The position numbers were made by a program, and so were the translations under genes. Shown here one piece after another: positions 50,301 through 63,281 of a stretch of 64,000 nucleotides of DNA. Source of the DNA: Podarcis gaigeae (lineage: Eukaryota); the NCBI GenBank assembly GCA_964106915.2, contig OZ066914.1. The stretch is one strand, 5' to 3'. Numbering within the stretch: position 1 is the first letter of the stretch; every line of letters begins with the position of its first letter. A model generated the notes under the pieces. That model saw nothing but the letters and a program-made list of their open reading frames with translations. It was not told where the DNA came from and ran no database searches.

Positions 50301-53300
50301 ATTGCGATTACCTGATATATCCCTCCACGCTGCTTTGTCCTCTCAGCTGGTCCTCCATCAGGTATGTGTTGTGGGAGGAGGAGATAAAGTAATGGCAGAG
50401 GGGCTGAGACATATCCTGAAAGACTGTCCTGTGCTCAGGGTTGAAGATGGAGCCATCGGGGGAGCAGAGGTACGTGAGGAACCCATCAATGCTCAGGATG
50501 TGGCGAGCCTTGGCTGTGGGAAGAGAGAGCCAGTTGGAGAGAGAACAATACTGAGGAGGAATTAGCCTCTGAAAAAAACAAAAGGCACTGAACTGGACAA
50601 AGCCCGTGAAAGAGGAGCCTTTGGAGTGCTGGGGGGAAAGCATCAGTTTCTATGGCAATAGGTGTCATGAAACTGATACAGGTGGTGATAAGTGCTTTGT
50701 GGAGATCTAGTGGGACAAGAGAGACACACAGATACCCTCTCCCCCTCAATGCCTGGGAGCTCCTATTCTGAGAGAGGATTTGGCACTATTTGAGGGCCAA
50801 CCTGTGCTAACCGTGGGCACTTGTCCAGGTTGTGGGCCCGCCAGCTCTCCCCCCTCCTCCACCCCCACCCCGCCAACCTGTCTCAGACGGCTCATATCTG
50901 TCAATCATCTCCATGGCGAGCTCATCAATGCCAGCCCCCTCCATCTGATCCTGTTGCAAGAAGTCCACAAACTCCAACAGTGTCAGCTTTTTGCCATCCT
51001 CGGAGTACTCCTGGAACAACTCGAGCACCTCGTCCCGCTGAGTCAGTGCTTTGTAGAAGAGCACAAACTCCTCCCCCTCCAGTGTACCTGTCTCTGATTT
51101 GTCGGCCATCTGCAAGGAATGGAAGGGTCTCTGACCAAGGGGGTCCTTTGTGCAGAAAGGAGAACATTGCGATAAAAGCAATGGGGTGAGGCAGAGTCAG
51201 CCAGTGTGAGGCCGTCTAGATGGCTTGGACTACAACTCCAACCTGTCAGCTTGGCCAGTGGTTGAAGGATGGTGATGGGAGTTTGTAGTCTGCAACATCT
51301 GGAGGATACAACATTGGCTACACAGAGCATACAGGATCAGAGGTTTACTCATGAGGATTCTTGAGATACACCGTTGCTGCTGCTGCTGCTGCTACAGCAC
51401 TAAATGTGCCCTAGCTGATGCACAGTACATCATAGCCATGTGGTCCTTGCCCAAGGAGCTTTAAACTACCATAAAATGACTAGATGGAGGCAGGAGTAAT
51501 AAAGGGTCAGGGATTAAATGAAGAGTGTGGGTAGGATGGGGGGCAGCTTCTGGATCTGGGATGATCCACCACTGCTCTTGCCAGTGTCTATTGTCAGCCC
51601 CCACTGGGATCAACATGATAGAGATACTTGAGGATGCCATAAGATGTCTCTGCAGGTGACCTGCAGTGATTTCTGTACTATATCACTGAGTTTGACTAGA
51701 CAACAGACAACACACAGAGATGGGCAAGGAGCCACAGCCAGGTGGATGATGCTTTGACGGAGAAATATAATGACACTGGACAACAGAATAGCCAGGTGTG
51801 TAAGCAAAGAAAAACAGAAGTGAATATATGTGCACTAGAGTGTATCATGGGTGGAAATGAGGTGCTGTAGTCTTTTGAAGAGTAAGCTCAGGGATTTCCC
51901 TATGCAACCCAGTACCGTATCTTCCCCACCAAAGCACCCAAATTTACTTGGAAGAGCCGGAAGGCATGGTCTTCATTCATAGCCACGTTCATCATCCTGA
52001 GCAAGTGCTGCACCTCCTTGAAATTCATACGTCCATCCTTGTCCTTATCAGCTTTCATGAACCAGTCACAGATCCATGTGCAGCCCAAGACATGGGTCAA
52101 GGAAAACAGTCTCATAGTGGCCGAGCAAAGCTAAGTCTTCAAAACTAGCCATAGCGCAAAAGAACACTCTAGTGTTGCTCAGCCAAGATGCTTCGAGAAA
52201 CGTGTGTGTGGACTCCTCATCAGCCTAATCCCTAGAATTTGGCAACTATTAACAGTTGCATCTTGTTTAATTTTCATAAGACTAAGCTCTTCATTCAAAA
52301 TGTTACCTATTTATTGGCCAATTCATTTATGTATTATTCTCCATTTAAAATCACAGAGTAGTTCACAGCAGAAATCAATAAAATACTACAACTTGCACCC
52401 CCCCCATACATTCTATTCAGAATCTGTTATTTGCAGTTTTGCATGACTTCAAGTATGAATCGTGGGTCGTATCTCCAGCATAGGAGAACAAATACAAAGT
52501 TGAGCTCTTGAGGTTAGCTTTTACAGGCATGGAAATGGACAGTCAGTAATTCAACATAAGGATATTGATCCATCTTCTCCTTCTGGTCCATGTTAGTGAC
52601 AATCTCCACAAGGCGCCGCAAGCCTTGGATCCAGCACTGAGCTTCCTCTGCTGAGCTGGCAATTAGGTCTAGATTGTTACGGCGTCCATGGAAGACAACC
52701 GTGAAGCAGCATTCGGCTGGGAACTCTTCCGCTAGACTTTGCAGGACCTCTGACTGGTGTCCCTCACGCACAGTCTCCACATCACTCACTGAGACTTGGG
52801 AGAGAGGGATAACAGCCAAGAAACATCAGCCTTCATGCAAAGATTAGAGCTTAAGGTACAAATTTAGACCCTTGCTTCTTAGGTTGGGCCCCACACGAAA
52901 CAGCATCGGCATCATTACCTAGCATTTATCTATTCACATATTCAGCTTCTTTAATCTGTCTGTCTATTCACCCAACTCTTTACTAGAGGTTCTATCCAAA
53001 GCAGCACTACATGAAGATGCCATCAGCACAAGGATTTCATCTTGTGCAGTGGAACCCTCTCCACTTCTTCTCCCCCTGTGCATGCTCCCTAAATACATTC
53101 TAGGGGTTTCCCCCAACCCTCTGGAACTTATTTTGTGGGGCGCAGGACCCACATTGGGGGAGCAATGGGATGTGTCCTGATGCACAAGTGGAAATCCTAG
53201 CACTGATGAGATGCGGTAATGGGCTTAACCGTCCAGGGGTCCTTTACCTTTACCTTAGTTGAACAACCCCGTAAGAGCATAGAATTCTGCCTTATACTGA

Positions 53301-55473
53301 GTCAGATCATTGATCCATTTAGGCCTGTATTGCCTATATTGGCTCGCCAGGATTTCAGACGGAGTCTTTCCCAATCCAGTTTAGAGATGCTGGGGATTGA
53401 CCCTAGGATTTTCTGTGTCAAAGGCAGATTTTTCTGAACTACAAGCCCTTCCTATCCTGTCCTGAGCTACTGTGCTGTCACAGAGTTTTGACCTCCGCAG
53501 ATCACAGGGGAAGAGATGAAAAAGCATTTTATTGGATCAATTAATGTTGGGACATAATGTACATCCAGCATAAACTGATGGCGGAAGACATCTCAAAGGC
53601 AGTTGTGGGCAAGATAGTTTCACCCAGTGGACCATTAGCCTGGAGAAGTTCCAGCAGCAGGGTGAGCATTCACAGAATCTCCAAGAGAAAATTAAACATC
53701 TCTGTGGATGACAGAATGAAAACATCCAGTACTAGAACAGAATATGCAATAGACAGAGGGAAGATGCACAACTTCCAGCACTCAAGATGAATCCAAATAA
53801 AGTATATTCTCTTCCAGCCAAACATATTTTAGTGACCAAGGTGGCAAATCTAAATTGCACCACATGCATAAAAACTTAAATTAAATTAGCTGGCAATTTG
53901 ATGTTCAATACCTGCTGCCTGAGGTCATCACCTCACTTATCTTTGTGACAGGATCAGTCCCGCTTCAAGTGTCACCATATATGAAAGTCAGGCTCAGTAC
54001 ACCATGCCCAGTGCTCTTTTAATTTTTAGATAGGCACATCTAAAATGCCCCTTGGAAGACATTCAGAACATAACATGCACATATGCAGATGCACACAAAC
54101 ATTTCCCTTTGTAGTACACATTGTGATGATCTGTTGCTGGATATCATCTGATGACAGGGATTTGCAAGTAAGTATTGGCAACAGCTGGATGGAGAAGAAG
54201 TGTGTGTGCTTTTGTGTGTGTGTTTTGTGCGCGCGCGCACACACACACACACAGAAGAAAGAGAAGTCATATTAGATGTCAGACACGACTTGCAGTTTTA
54301 ATAAGTACATAAGCAGCAGTATGTTGAACCAAAGGTAAAATGTTCTGGAAGGCATGCAAACACCATCTTGGTAGTTGAGATAACCCTAAACTAATTGGTA
54401 GTTGTTGCAAGAATGAGCTCATGTGTGTTTACATCCACTTGCTCTGATGTATACTAAGTGGCTTGCGTTGATGCTATGCTTATCTGTGAATCTTGGGACG
54501 CTGGGCTCTAGCCCCTGAGAGGGGAGAAGCCTTGGATAGCTGCCACCCATGGCCTCACTGGCCAGGTGTGATGGGAGCTTCTGAGTAAACTGATGTATTT
54601 TGTTTTGTACATAAAGGATGTCTACATGTTTGCTTGGCTGCGGTGTCCATCCTGCATCTGTAAAGGCTGGGAGACCTGGCAGACTGATTTGCAGTAAGTC
54701 TACACCTTCTTTTAATAAAGCACTAGAATTGATCACTCTAGCATTTTTTGGCATCCTTCTTTGGTATCCCTGCAACCAACCACTCCCACAAGCTTTTATT
54801 TTGGCTGGTGGATCAGGACAAGCAGTTCTTGCCAATAGATTGAAGGTGGGCCTGAAGGTCAAATCCAATTGTATTGTTCCCAGAACATCCTGCTGGCACC
54901 CCATGACATCAAGAGTCAGAGTTTTTACACCCCAGTCTGAAATTCAATCTAAATTAGCATCTAAATTAGCATTTATGTTATGGGCCTGTTCCCTGAATCT
55001 CTTAAATACCTAGCAGTACTCCTGTTCCCTGGTGGAAGTCTGCTGCAGCCCAGCACTTTTAAAAAATCAAGCTAAGTAGTCTTTTGGCTTGGAATTGTGT
55101 GATTTTTGCATTCTGATCTCTTCCAATGACTGGTGTTGCCAGACTGTCATTAAACAGTTTCATGTGGGGGCTTCTGCAATCTGGACATGCTCCAACCCTT
55201 ATGAAAGGATCCCTACATTGTGCTATATGCTTGCCTGAAAGTGCAAACTCAAAGACAAGGTGACATGGAAACCAGCCTTGCTAACTGCCATTCAGAGCAG
55301 GGAGTGGAACTCACAGGCAGACTTGGCTTTGCCAGACATCTTGGATTTGTACCAGACGGTCATGCAGTCATCCTGCAGCATGAAGTACCGGGGTTTCTTC
55401 CAGTTCTTGGACTTCACCTTGCGCATCATTGTCCCCTGTTGCATCTGCTCCAGGTTCTCATCCAACTGAAGGC
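41347..55473 (-). CDS. PLCD4: Phospholipase C delta 4 (PH, EF-hands, X-Y catalytic barrel, C2); complement(join(41347..41450,43081..43230,44415..44550,45333..45511,46873..46989,47499..47655,48463..48630,49191..49343,49783..49927,50312..50513,50878..51109,51948..52077,52566..52794,55315..55473)); first coding exon lies further upstream
   Basis: [17 protein letters not shown]; X-domain [34 protein letters not shown]; Y-domain [21 protein letters not shown]; C2 [18 protein letters not shown]. Position next to ZNF142 identifies the delta-4 paralogue. One intron is AT-AC. Confidence 0.96.
41791..41905. mobile_element. hAT-type MITE
   Basis: TIRs TATGGGCGTAGCCA / TGGCTACACCCATG with 8-bp TSD GGCAGGGA / GGCAGAGA (7 of 8 match). 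Confidence 0.75.
44719..44968. mobile_element. Tigger/pogo-like MITE
   Basis: TIRs CAGTGGTACCTCGGTT / AACTGAGGTACCACTT with TA flanks. Confidence 0.8.
52078..52565 (-). other. U12-type (minor spliceosome) AT-AC intron of PLCD4
   Basis: 5' site ATATCCTT, branch site TTTCCTTGAC (plus 52096-52105), 3' end AC; splicing restores MDQ-WICDWF. Confidence 0.93.
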
Positions 55474-55989
55474 CTGAGCAGGAGATTGAGGGGACTGCAT
55501 TTCACATCAAAAAGCGAGTGAGGGCTACCGCCCACCCAGGATGGGGAACACAAGGAATATTTGTTTGTGTTTAAGCATACAGATAAGGAACAGAAACTGA
55601 CCCTATTGAGATGGGATGTCAACTTCAAGATCAGAAAGACCCAGCTTCTGGAGGAAACATTATGCCCTGAATGAAATAGCCATTCCATAACATCCTTCTA
55701 AGCAGCCTACCCCAACCGGGTTCCCTTTGGTTGTTGTTGGACTACAACTCCCATCATCCCTGTCCATTGGAGATGGAGTCCAACAAGATCTGGAAGGCAC
55801 CAGGCTGGGAAAGGCTGCTGTAGGGCAAACATTTTGATTCTACATTCAGACCTCCTTTTTGCTTCCAGCAACAGTAGTCACAACCTGCCAGGTCCCCTAT
55901 ATTTCTCCCTTGGACCTAGAGGGTGTGTGGGATGTATTATTACTAGAGCAGTCAAGTACAACATTTTCCTTTGTCTAGAATGGACACAC

Positions 55990-56727
55990 TGAGGGATGTG
56001 GCTCCAGACAGGGAGGACTTCCTGTCATACCTGCTCTGGAGCTTCCTCCCCCTGTGTGTGACCAGGTAGATGGGCATGAGTGACTCTAGCTGACCAGATC
56101 AAAGGGCTGGTCATGCAACCATCTCACTCTTACCCTCTTACTCTTGCTGGCTCTTAGCCAGAACATGGCTCAACCCACATAGGATGGAGCCTACAAGCAG
56201 AAAATCTAAGATGTAGCTCAGACTTCTTTTCACTGTAACCACAGGATAAAGCCTGCCTTCAAATTACTGCTGTGAACTGAATGTGAGTAAAACTTTATTC
56301 TTACTTTTAATGAAGACTTTGTTGTGTTACTATTATTTTAAGAGGGGAATAAAGGGGAAACTTACCAGGAACAATCCAGACTGAACAAGCCGGACTGGAT
56401 TGCTTAATTAAAGGATTCTAACGAATCATCAAGGAATGTTGCTCTGCTGTTTACTCACTAGCGTGAGTGAGGAGGGATAATATCAAAACAATATATTCTC
56501 TCCTACCTTCCTTAACATTCCCACAGGGAGAGGATAAGCAAGTGAGCAAGCACCACTGATGGCTGCAAGGGCTGTCACTGGGGAAAGATCTGCAGATGGC
56601 ATCTTGCCGAAGGCCACCCAAAACCTGGAGGTAGCAATCTAGAGGTTCCCTGGAGACTCAGGAGAATACTCACGGACACTGTAGAGAACTGAAGTCATGG
56701 TTCTTCTTCCCGTGGGTTGGCACAACA
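55990..56727. mobile_element. Possible solo LTR
   Basis: About 740-nt block with TG...CA ends and an internal AATAAA near 56348. No clean TSD found, so the call is weak. Confidence 0.3.
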
Positions 56728-57996
56728 ATCACCTAGAACACAAGAGGGTCAATTGGTTTCACAATTGCCATATCCCGTAATTTGACCTAGCACTTTCTGA
56801 AGACTCAGTATCTGATTTATTTTCTGATGTTTTGCATAAGCAATTCTAGTCCCATAATCATACAGAAGTGCCTTTTTATCCTTAATCGCCTTATCAGTCC
56901 TTTGCTAGAAGTCACAAAAATATCTTAAGGTCAAGAAATTATATCTGGTAAAAAAAGGGGGGGTGTTATTTGTTGCTGTTGCTAGGATTTATTTCCACAA
57001 CCTCTTAGCATTACCATTAGCAGTGATAAAAATATATATTCTCTCTTCATAGCACTTCAGGAAAATATCAGAATAAGCACCCTCATTTTGACGCAGTTTT
57101 CTCTCAGACATGGAGCCGCTGCGTACTTATCTGTGTGGTTCCACATATGTTTTCATACTTGCAATGATGTATCTTTTAGAAAATTTCCAGTAAATTTCAT
57201 GGTACATCCTGGTTGATCCGTCTTAATGCTCAATGTAATACAAAAAAATCTGGGATAATGATTTCTTAGGTTTGTCCACTAAGACTTGTTCTAACTGGAT
57301 CAGTGATCAAAGGTTTCTTTACTTTGATAACCCATTAATACAAAAAGTGCCTGGTTTCAAAATACTGGGAGAGGGAGAGAGAGTGACAGGCCAAAGCACC
57401 ACCAGTGACCAACCAGATGCCTATATTGGAAGCCCACAAGCAGGAACTTCCCCTCCACCCACCAAGTTTTTATTAGGACTGCAGCACACAAAGACAGAAG
57501 GTTTAACCTTTTCCTCCACAGCTACAATTTTAATTAAAATAGCCCCCAACCACAGCAATTACCGGTAGCTTTTTTTGGGGGGGGGGGATTTACCGTATTC
57601 CACTGGGCAACTTCTGTCTGGATCTCAGCTGGGAAACAAAACCAGCTCTCTTTCAATGCAGAAAACCTTCCCAACCCTATCAGATAGAGATTTTTACTTG
57701 CCACTGGCCACTAGATGAATAGCCTGCTTTTAACATCTGTCGTTTTAAAAATGGGCAGCACATTTACCTATTTAACCCCCTTCAAATTCCAAAGCAATGT
57801 AGAGAAGGACAAGGCTATTATTTTTAGAAAGGCTTTCTTTTTTGCAAATTCCAAACAGGTGGCTATGCTAGTATGAGGGCAGCAAAATAAGAGTCTTGCG
57901 GCAGCTTAAAAACTAACACATTTATAATGGCATAAGCTCTTGTGGACCACAGTCTACTTCCATCACATGCATCCATGAAAGCTCATGCCATAACTC

Positions 57997-57997
57997 T

Positions 57998-58045
<48 letters not shown>

Positions 58046-58047
58046 TC
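57997..58047. repeat. (TTTC)n microsatellite
   Basis: Read directly. Confidence 0.95.
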
Positions 58048-59274
58048 CTCTGTCTCTGTCTGTATCTCTGTCTCTGTCTCAAAAAATGCACTTCTCAGTC
58101 CCCCAAGCGACAGAATGTTCCAGGACAGTCTTTCATGGGGTCTGTTTCCTTGTGAGGAGTGAATAACTGGAGGCACAAAAAACCCAAAATGCTAATTTAA
58201 AAGTACAGCAGGACAATTGGCAAACATGCAAGGAATACTAATTCCCAAAACAGCACCAGTCCACCAAAGCAACATCATCTGCCCAAAATTACTCCATAAC
58301 AGCCAGTAGCAAAATCCTTTTTCTCTTGCTAAATACAAAGCTGATTTTTTTTTTCAGGCCCTACAGAGCAAAACATAACCCAAATCCCGGTAGCTGGAAG
58401 TAGTCACCAGCCATCGAGGGCCATTGAAGTACTGTAAGTGCTTTCCGCCATCAAGCACAACAACAGCCTGGAGTGGAAAAAAACACCAGTTATGCATATG
58501 TAAAGAGTTCATTTCAGAAGCTGAAAGGTACTTCAAACAAAGGATAGTGTCTAGAGAGGGCACACATTTGAGCAATCTTAACAGTTGCCTGGGATGTAGG
58601 GAAGGAGATGATCCAAGGAATACACGAAAGCAAATTTTCCATCAAAACAGTGATCTGGGAAAACCAAATGCTTTACCCTGGAGTTGGGGATGGAAAGAAA
58701 ATAAAATTCTTCAGCTGCTGAATAGACAACAGAGAGCAACTGGAAAGGATCTCAATCATGGCAGAAAGCTCTGGTTATTTGCTTTTCCTATATAATTTGG
58801 CAAAGTACATGTCCAATCATTCCAATAATGTACCACTTCATTAAATTAGACTGAGGAACAGGCTTCCTGCAGTATCTTTCATTAAGGTAATCAAGGAACT
58901 GCAGCATCAAAAAGACTAGCTGTGTTAGTTTGGTAGAGCACAAACAGCAACGTGTTTTTTGGCTCCTTCAAGGCCAACACATTTACTAGCTTTTGTGCAC
59001 CAGAGTCTGCTTTTGTCAGAAGCCTGAAGGGTAATCCTGAGACATAAGACCACCCTGAGACCTCTGGAACTGCCCTGAGACCTCTAGGTATAGGGCAGTA
59101 TATAAATTCAATAAATCATCATCATCATCCTGAATTAGCAAGCGTACTCTGGGACGAAGAGATGTACAGGAGTGAGTTCAGACAGAAGTGAAATGCAAAA
59201 AGAACAGGCAGTAATGTTTACCTGAAAGCAAGATAGTTACAGTGTCCAATTAACAAGGCAGTACTGGTAGTAGG

Positions 59275-59528
59275 TTGCCTGCCAACCTAGCAGTTCGAAA
59301 GCACCCTCGGGTGCAAGTAGATAAATAGGGACCGCTTACTGGCGGGAAGGTAAACGGCGTTTCCATGTGCAGCTCTGGCTCGCCAGAGCAGCGATGTCAC
59401 ACTGGCCACATGACCCGGAAGTGTCTTTGGACAGCGCTGGCCCCTGGCCTCTTGAGTGAGATGGGCGCACAACCCCAGAGTCTGGCAAGACTGGCCCGTA
59501 CGGGCAGGGGTACCTTTACCTTTTTACT
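59275..59528 (+). mobile_element. 5'-truncated Sauria SINE
   Basis: Homologous to the 3' half of the 10336 element; ACCTTT tail; perfect 13-bp TSD TACTGGTAGTAGG at 59262-59274 and 59529-59541. Confidence 0.9.
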
Positions 59529-60496
59529 TACTGGTAGTAGGACTAATGTTTTGTCATTGATAAGCTAATGAACCCATGTAGTGTGTGATGTCAAAACAAA
59601 ATCAAGCCTACAATCTGGATTCAAGCCGCACGTGGCTTGAATTAATTGCCTGATAAATTGTAATTCAGCAGTTTCCTGGCAGAATTTCATTTTGAAGTCC
59701 ATGTTCATACTTTATCCCAGCTTGATGCCACTTTTGCTTATTATTGGCATTTCAGGAAAGGATGAGAAGTGGGCAGGGGACTGCGTCTCTGGAAATAAAT
59801 TTGACCCTTGGTGGTGACCCCTCTTTAAATGCTGAACCTTTCTCCTCCTAATGTACCTAGGAGGGGTTTTTTGTATCCTCTCAAAAATGGGCTCTTAGGC
59901 AAACAAGGTGCACTGGGGTATCAAAATTATGGGTGTGTGTTTAATGGAACGAAGCAGCTGACTTCTGGGAAGAGGTAAAAGTCTGTAGAACATGCAGTCC
60001 TTTCCCCTGCATGACGGTGAAAGGCAAGTGCAATGCTTTGCCATGAGAAATCATCATCTCCATGCATAAGCTCATTCTTTCCCATTGCAAAGCCAATCTG
60101 TCTTCCCCAAGGAGATGGCTATCCAGAGAGAAAGGACAGAAAAGGATATGAACCTTGAAGAAAGCCCCTGAACAAGCGATCTTTGTGCAATGTGACAGCT
60201 GTGAGCTGACACTGACCTTGAAACAGCTCAAGCAACAAATTATAGACCACGTCAGGAATTGCAAGTAGCACCCTAGGAGCACACTGGCCAGCAAAAGTAG
60301 GTTAAATTAATGTTAGTTTCTCTTGTTATTTTCCCATGCCTTGTCCAAGGTGCTTTGTAATCATTACCCTTAATAATTTACATAGCATTTTTCATGTACA
60401 AAAGGGTGCCACAGTATTTTAAATTTATTGGTTCTCTCTTCCCCCAGTAATTTGAACATGATAATAATAATGATAATAAGAGGTATTATCTGAAAG

Positions 60497-60498
<2 letters not shown>

Positions 60499-60579
<81 letters not shown>
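60499..60579. repeat. Compound (GT)n(AT)n microsatellite
   Basis: Read directly. Confidence 0.95.
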
Positions 60580-60584
<5 letters not shown>

Positions 60585-60593
60585 CCTATCCAT

Positions 60594-60790
60594 GAGAACT
60601 AGTGGGGTATAGTGGTTACAGTCTCAGATTTATGTGGCAGAAACGTGAGTCGAAATCAGTGCTCAGCCACAAAGCTTACCAGGTGACCTCGAGCTAATTT
60701 GTCTCTCAGCTTAGCCTAAGCTCACAAGGTTGTTGTGAGAATAAATGTGGTTTGGGGTGAGGGGAGAGAGAGCAATGTATACTGCCTCTT
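60594..60790 (+). mobile_element. Old tRNA-derived SINE
   Basis: A-box-like TGGGGTATAGTGGTT, CORE-like GGTGACCTCG and CTCACAAGGTTGTTGTGAG; resembles the 17618 element but is more diverged. Confidence 0.55.
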
Positions 60791-61157
60791 AGCTCTTTGA
60801 AGGAAGGAAATAATGTTTAAAATCTGATACGTAGAACCCATTTACACACACTCCTTTTTCAAAATCACATCTCTTTGATAGGGAAAAGGTTTCCCACCAT
60901 GTGCTAAGCCAGGGTAGCCAATGTGATACCCCTCCAGGTGTTATCGAACCACAACTCCCACTATCTCTATCCTTCGGCCAGACTAGCTGAGGCTTATGGA
61001 AACTGTAGTCCCCAACACCTAGAAAGCACCACACCTAACAGCATCAACATCTGCAGAGCTTACCAGTGTTCTAAAGGCTTCCATTGGTAACACATAACAG
61101 ACAGGATGATACTTTTAAGGAACCAGGATATCTGTGCCACTATTCAGCTTTTCTTAC

Positions 61158-61194
61158 CAATCTGGCTAGAGGTAGCCTCATGCAGAAGACTCAT
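61158..61194 (-). CDS. PLCD4: Candidate first coding exon of PLCD4 (MSLLHEATSSQI-G); exon possibly 61158..61221
   Basis: ATG + 12 codons + G|GTAAGA gives the phase-1 end needed by exon 55473; MSLL resembles mammalian MASLL; pyrimidine tract and AG acceptor at 61222-61223. Total CDS would be 2298 nt, 765 aa. Confidence 0.55.
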
Positions 61195-63248
61195 ACAGTA
61201 GATTGTTCACCCTCTCTCTCTCTTTTGGAAAGCAAATAAAATAAAACTTAAGAACAGGCACACAAAGGGTTACAGGTCCAGATGGAAGGGAGAGAGTTCT
61301 GTTGCAAATGACATCACAGACAATGGCACAGGGATGTCCATCACACTCACATAGCAACACTCCACGCAGCAATAGCATCAGACATGCTATCAGAGTTTGA
61401 GGGCGATAACCATGTACACACCGCATTGAGCTCCTTGGAGAAGAGGTATAAATGTAATAGTAAATGCACTGCATTTTCTCAGGCACAAAGCAGCACACTT
61501 CAGATGCTCAGAAAAACAATGTAACACCACAACACAAGCACTACCTTTAGGGCAGATATGTAGATTGTGTGCTAGATTTGGGAAGCACATATCTTATACT
61601 GCATAAAAATGATTGTGCAGAACATCTTGAGGAATAAGTATTTCCTCCAAAGCCACTGCACAAGTCTGTGTCTAAGGTGGGTTCCAGGATTCAGCACTCT
61701 GCATAAAAGTGCGAAGGAGCCCCACTTTTGCTATATTCATTCTTCAATTGTGACCTCTGGAAATTGTCACACTGTGGTGTTGTTTTCCTCCAGAAGAAAT
61801 AGCCTTGCTTGAAAAACCTATTGGGTTGAATACAAGTTACCTTATTTGGAAATAATGGCTCCTGTGCAGCAAAGGTTAGCCCTGACCAAATCTTGTTGGA
61901 GTCAATGAAATAAGTTAAGCCTAGCTGTGTACCTGGAATACTGGGATGTCATAGTCAGTCATCAGTGTTCAAGGATAGAAACCTCCACCCAAATTATGCA
62001 TCGGAAAATGCCTTTGCACCCTACTATCCATGGCAAGCAAACTTTGATTCAGCAAAAGCTCAAAATACCTTCCTCTCCCCCCCCTCCCTCTGTCCCAATA
62101 AATGCTCTTCCTTAGATGATCAAACCTTTAAGAGTTTTCTCCTCTAAACTGTCAGTGTCTAGATTCAGGTTGCTCCATGCTATTTATGTCAATATCCTCC
62201 TCTCTTTAGAATAAACCACATATTCTTCAAATCCAACATCAGGTTTATTGCTAACTCACCCTTGTATAAGTTGTCCCATGGCATGCTGTGACTCAAACTA
62301 GCTAAAAACCCAAACATGTGTTCCGGCTGCGCACATGTAATCATAGACATGTGTGGACGAGGACATGCAGTAACAATTCAGGTTTATACCACAGTTTATT
62401 TCACACTGTCATCAGTAATGGATATTCCTAGGATCTGGACCTCAGTTGCCTGTGATCTGGAAGTGATTGATGAAAATGGAATTCTATTACAGCCCAGAGC
62501 TGATAAACATTTCATCTGCAGTACTCAGAATAATAGCCATGAGAGGATTCCAAAACCGTAATGCTCCTGGCAAGACTATGTATATGCTGAGCTTCTTGGC
62601 TAGTAGCCATTTGATAACCGTATGTTCTTTACATTCATCTGGTCTGGGGGGATTTAACCTTGCAATCACCAATGGACTTTGCCATTACTGTAAATGTCAT
62701 TACAACAACTGTTAAGAGGCTTCTAAGGACAAATGTTTTAGTTGCTTAAACCCTGCATCTTATCATCACGCACCACACCATTTGTAAAGGAACAAGGTTG
62801 CTAGAGATGGAAGAATATTCAGGAAAATCCTATGGGCTTTTTAAAAATCAAAGGGATCTGTTGTCCCTCTTAAAAACAAAAAATCTGATCCAGCAAGTGA
62901 GTGAGTGCTTCCTTCCACCACCAAATGTTTCTCAGGCTTACACTTGTATTCGTTTAATTGTGAAATGAATGTGTTAAATCCATGAAAAGCACATTCATTT
63001 AAGCTACATTTCATTATCATGTTGTTTTTTAAGTGGATACATTTGCAACTCTCTCACACCACAATCCTGTAAGACATTTGGGATTTAAGCATAACGGCAC
63101 TCTCGCTCCACAGCAGATCTGTAGAATGTTGCTGTGTGCTTTCATCTGTTTTCAGATTATTACTGGTTTTTTATTTTTACTTTGTTTTAAATAGTTTTAT
63201 GCTTTTCATTGATAATTTTAATGTTTTATTTGCTTTGTAAACTGCTTG

Positions 63249-63281
63249 GTTTGTTTGTTTGTTTGTTTGTTTGTTTGTTTT
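63249..63281. repeat. (TTTG)n microsatellite
   Basis: Read directly. Confidence 0.85.

Noticed and set aside
57594-57628. 35-nt AG...GT segment on the minus strand as a PLCD4 exon
   Set aside because: No ATG and not frame-preserving between the phase-1 neighbours.
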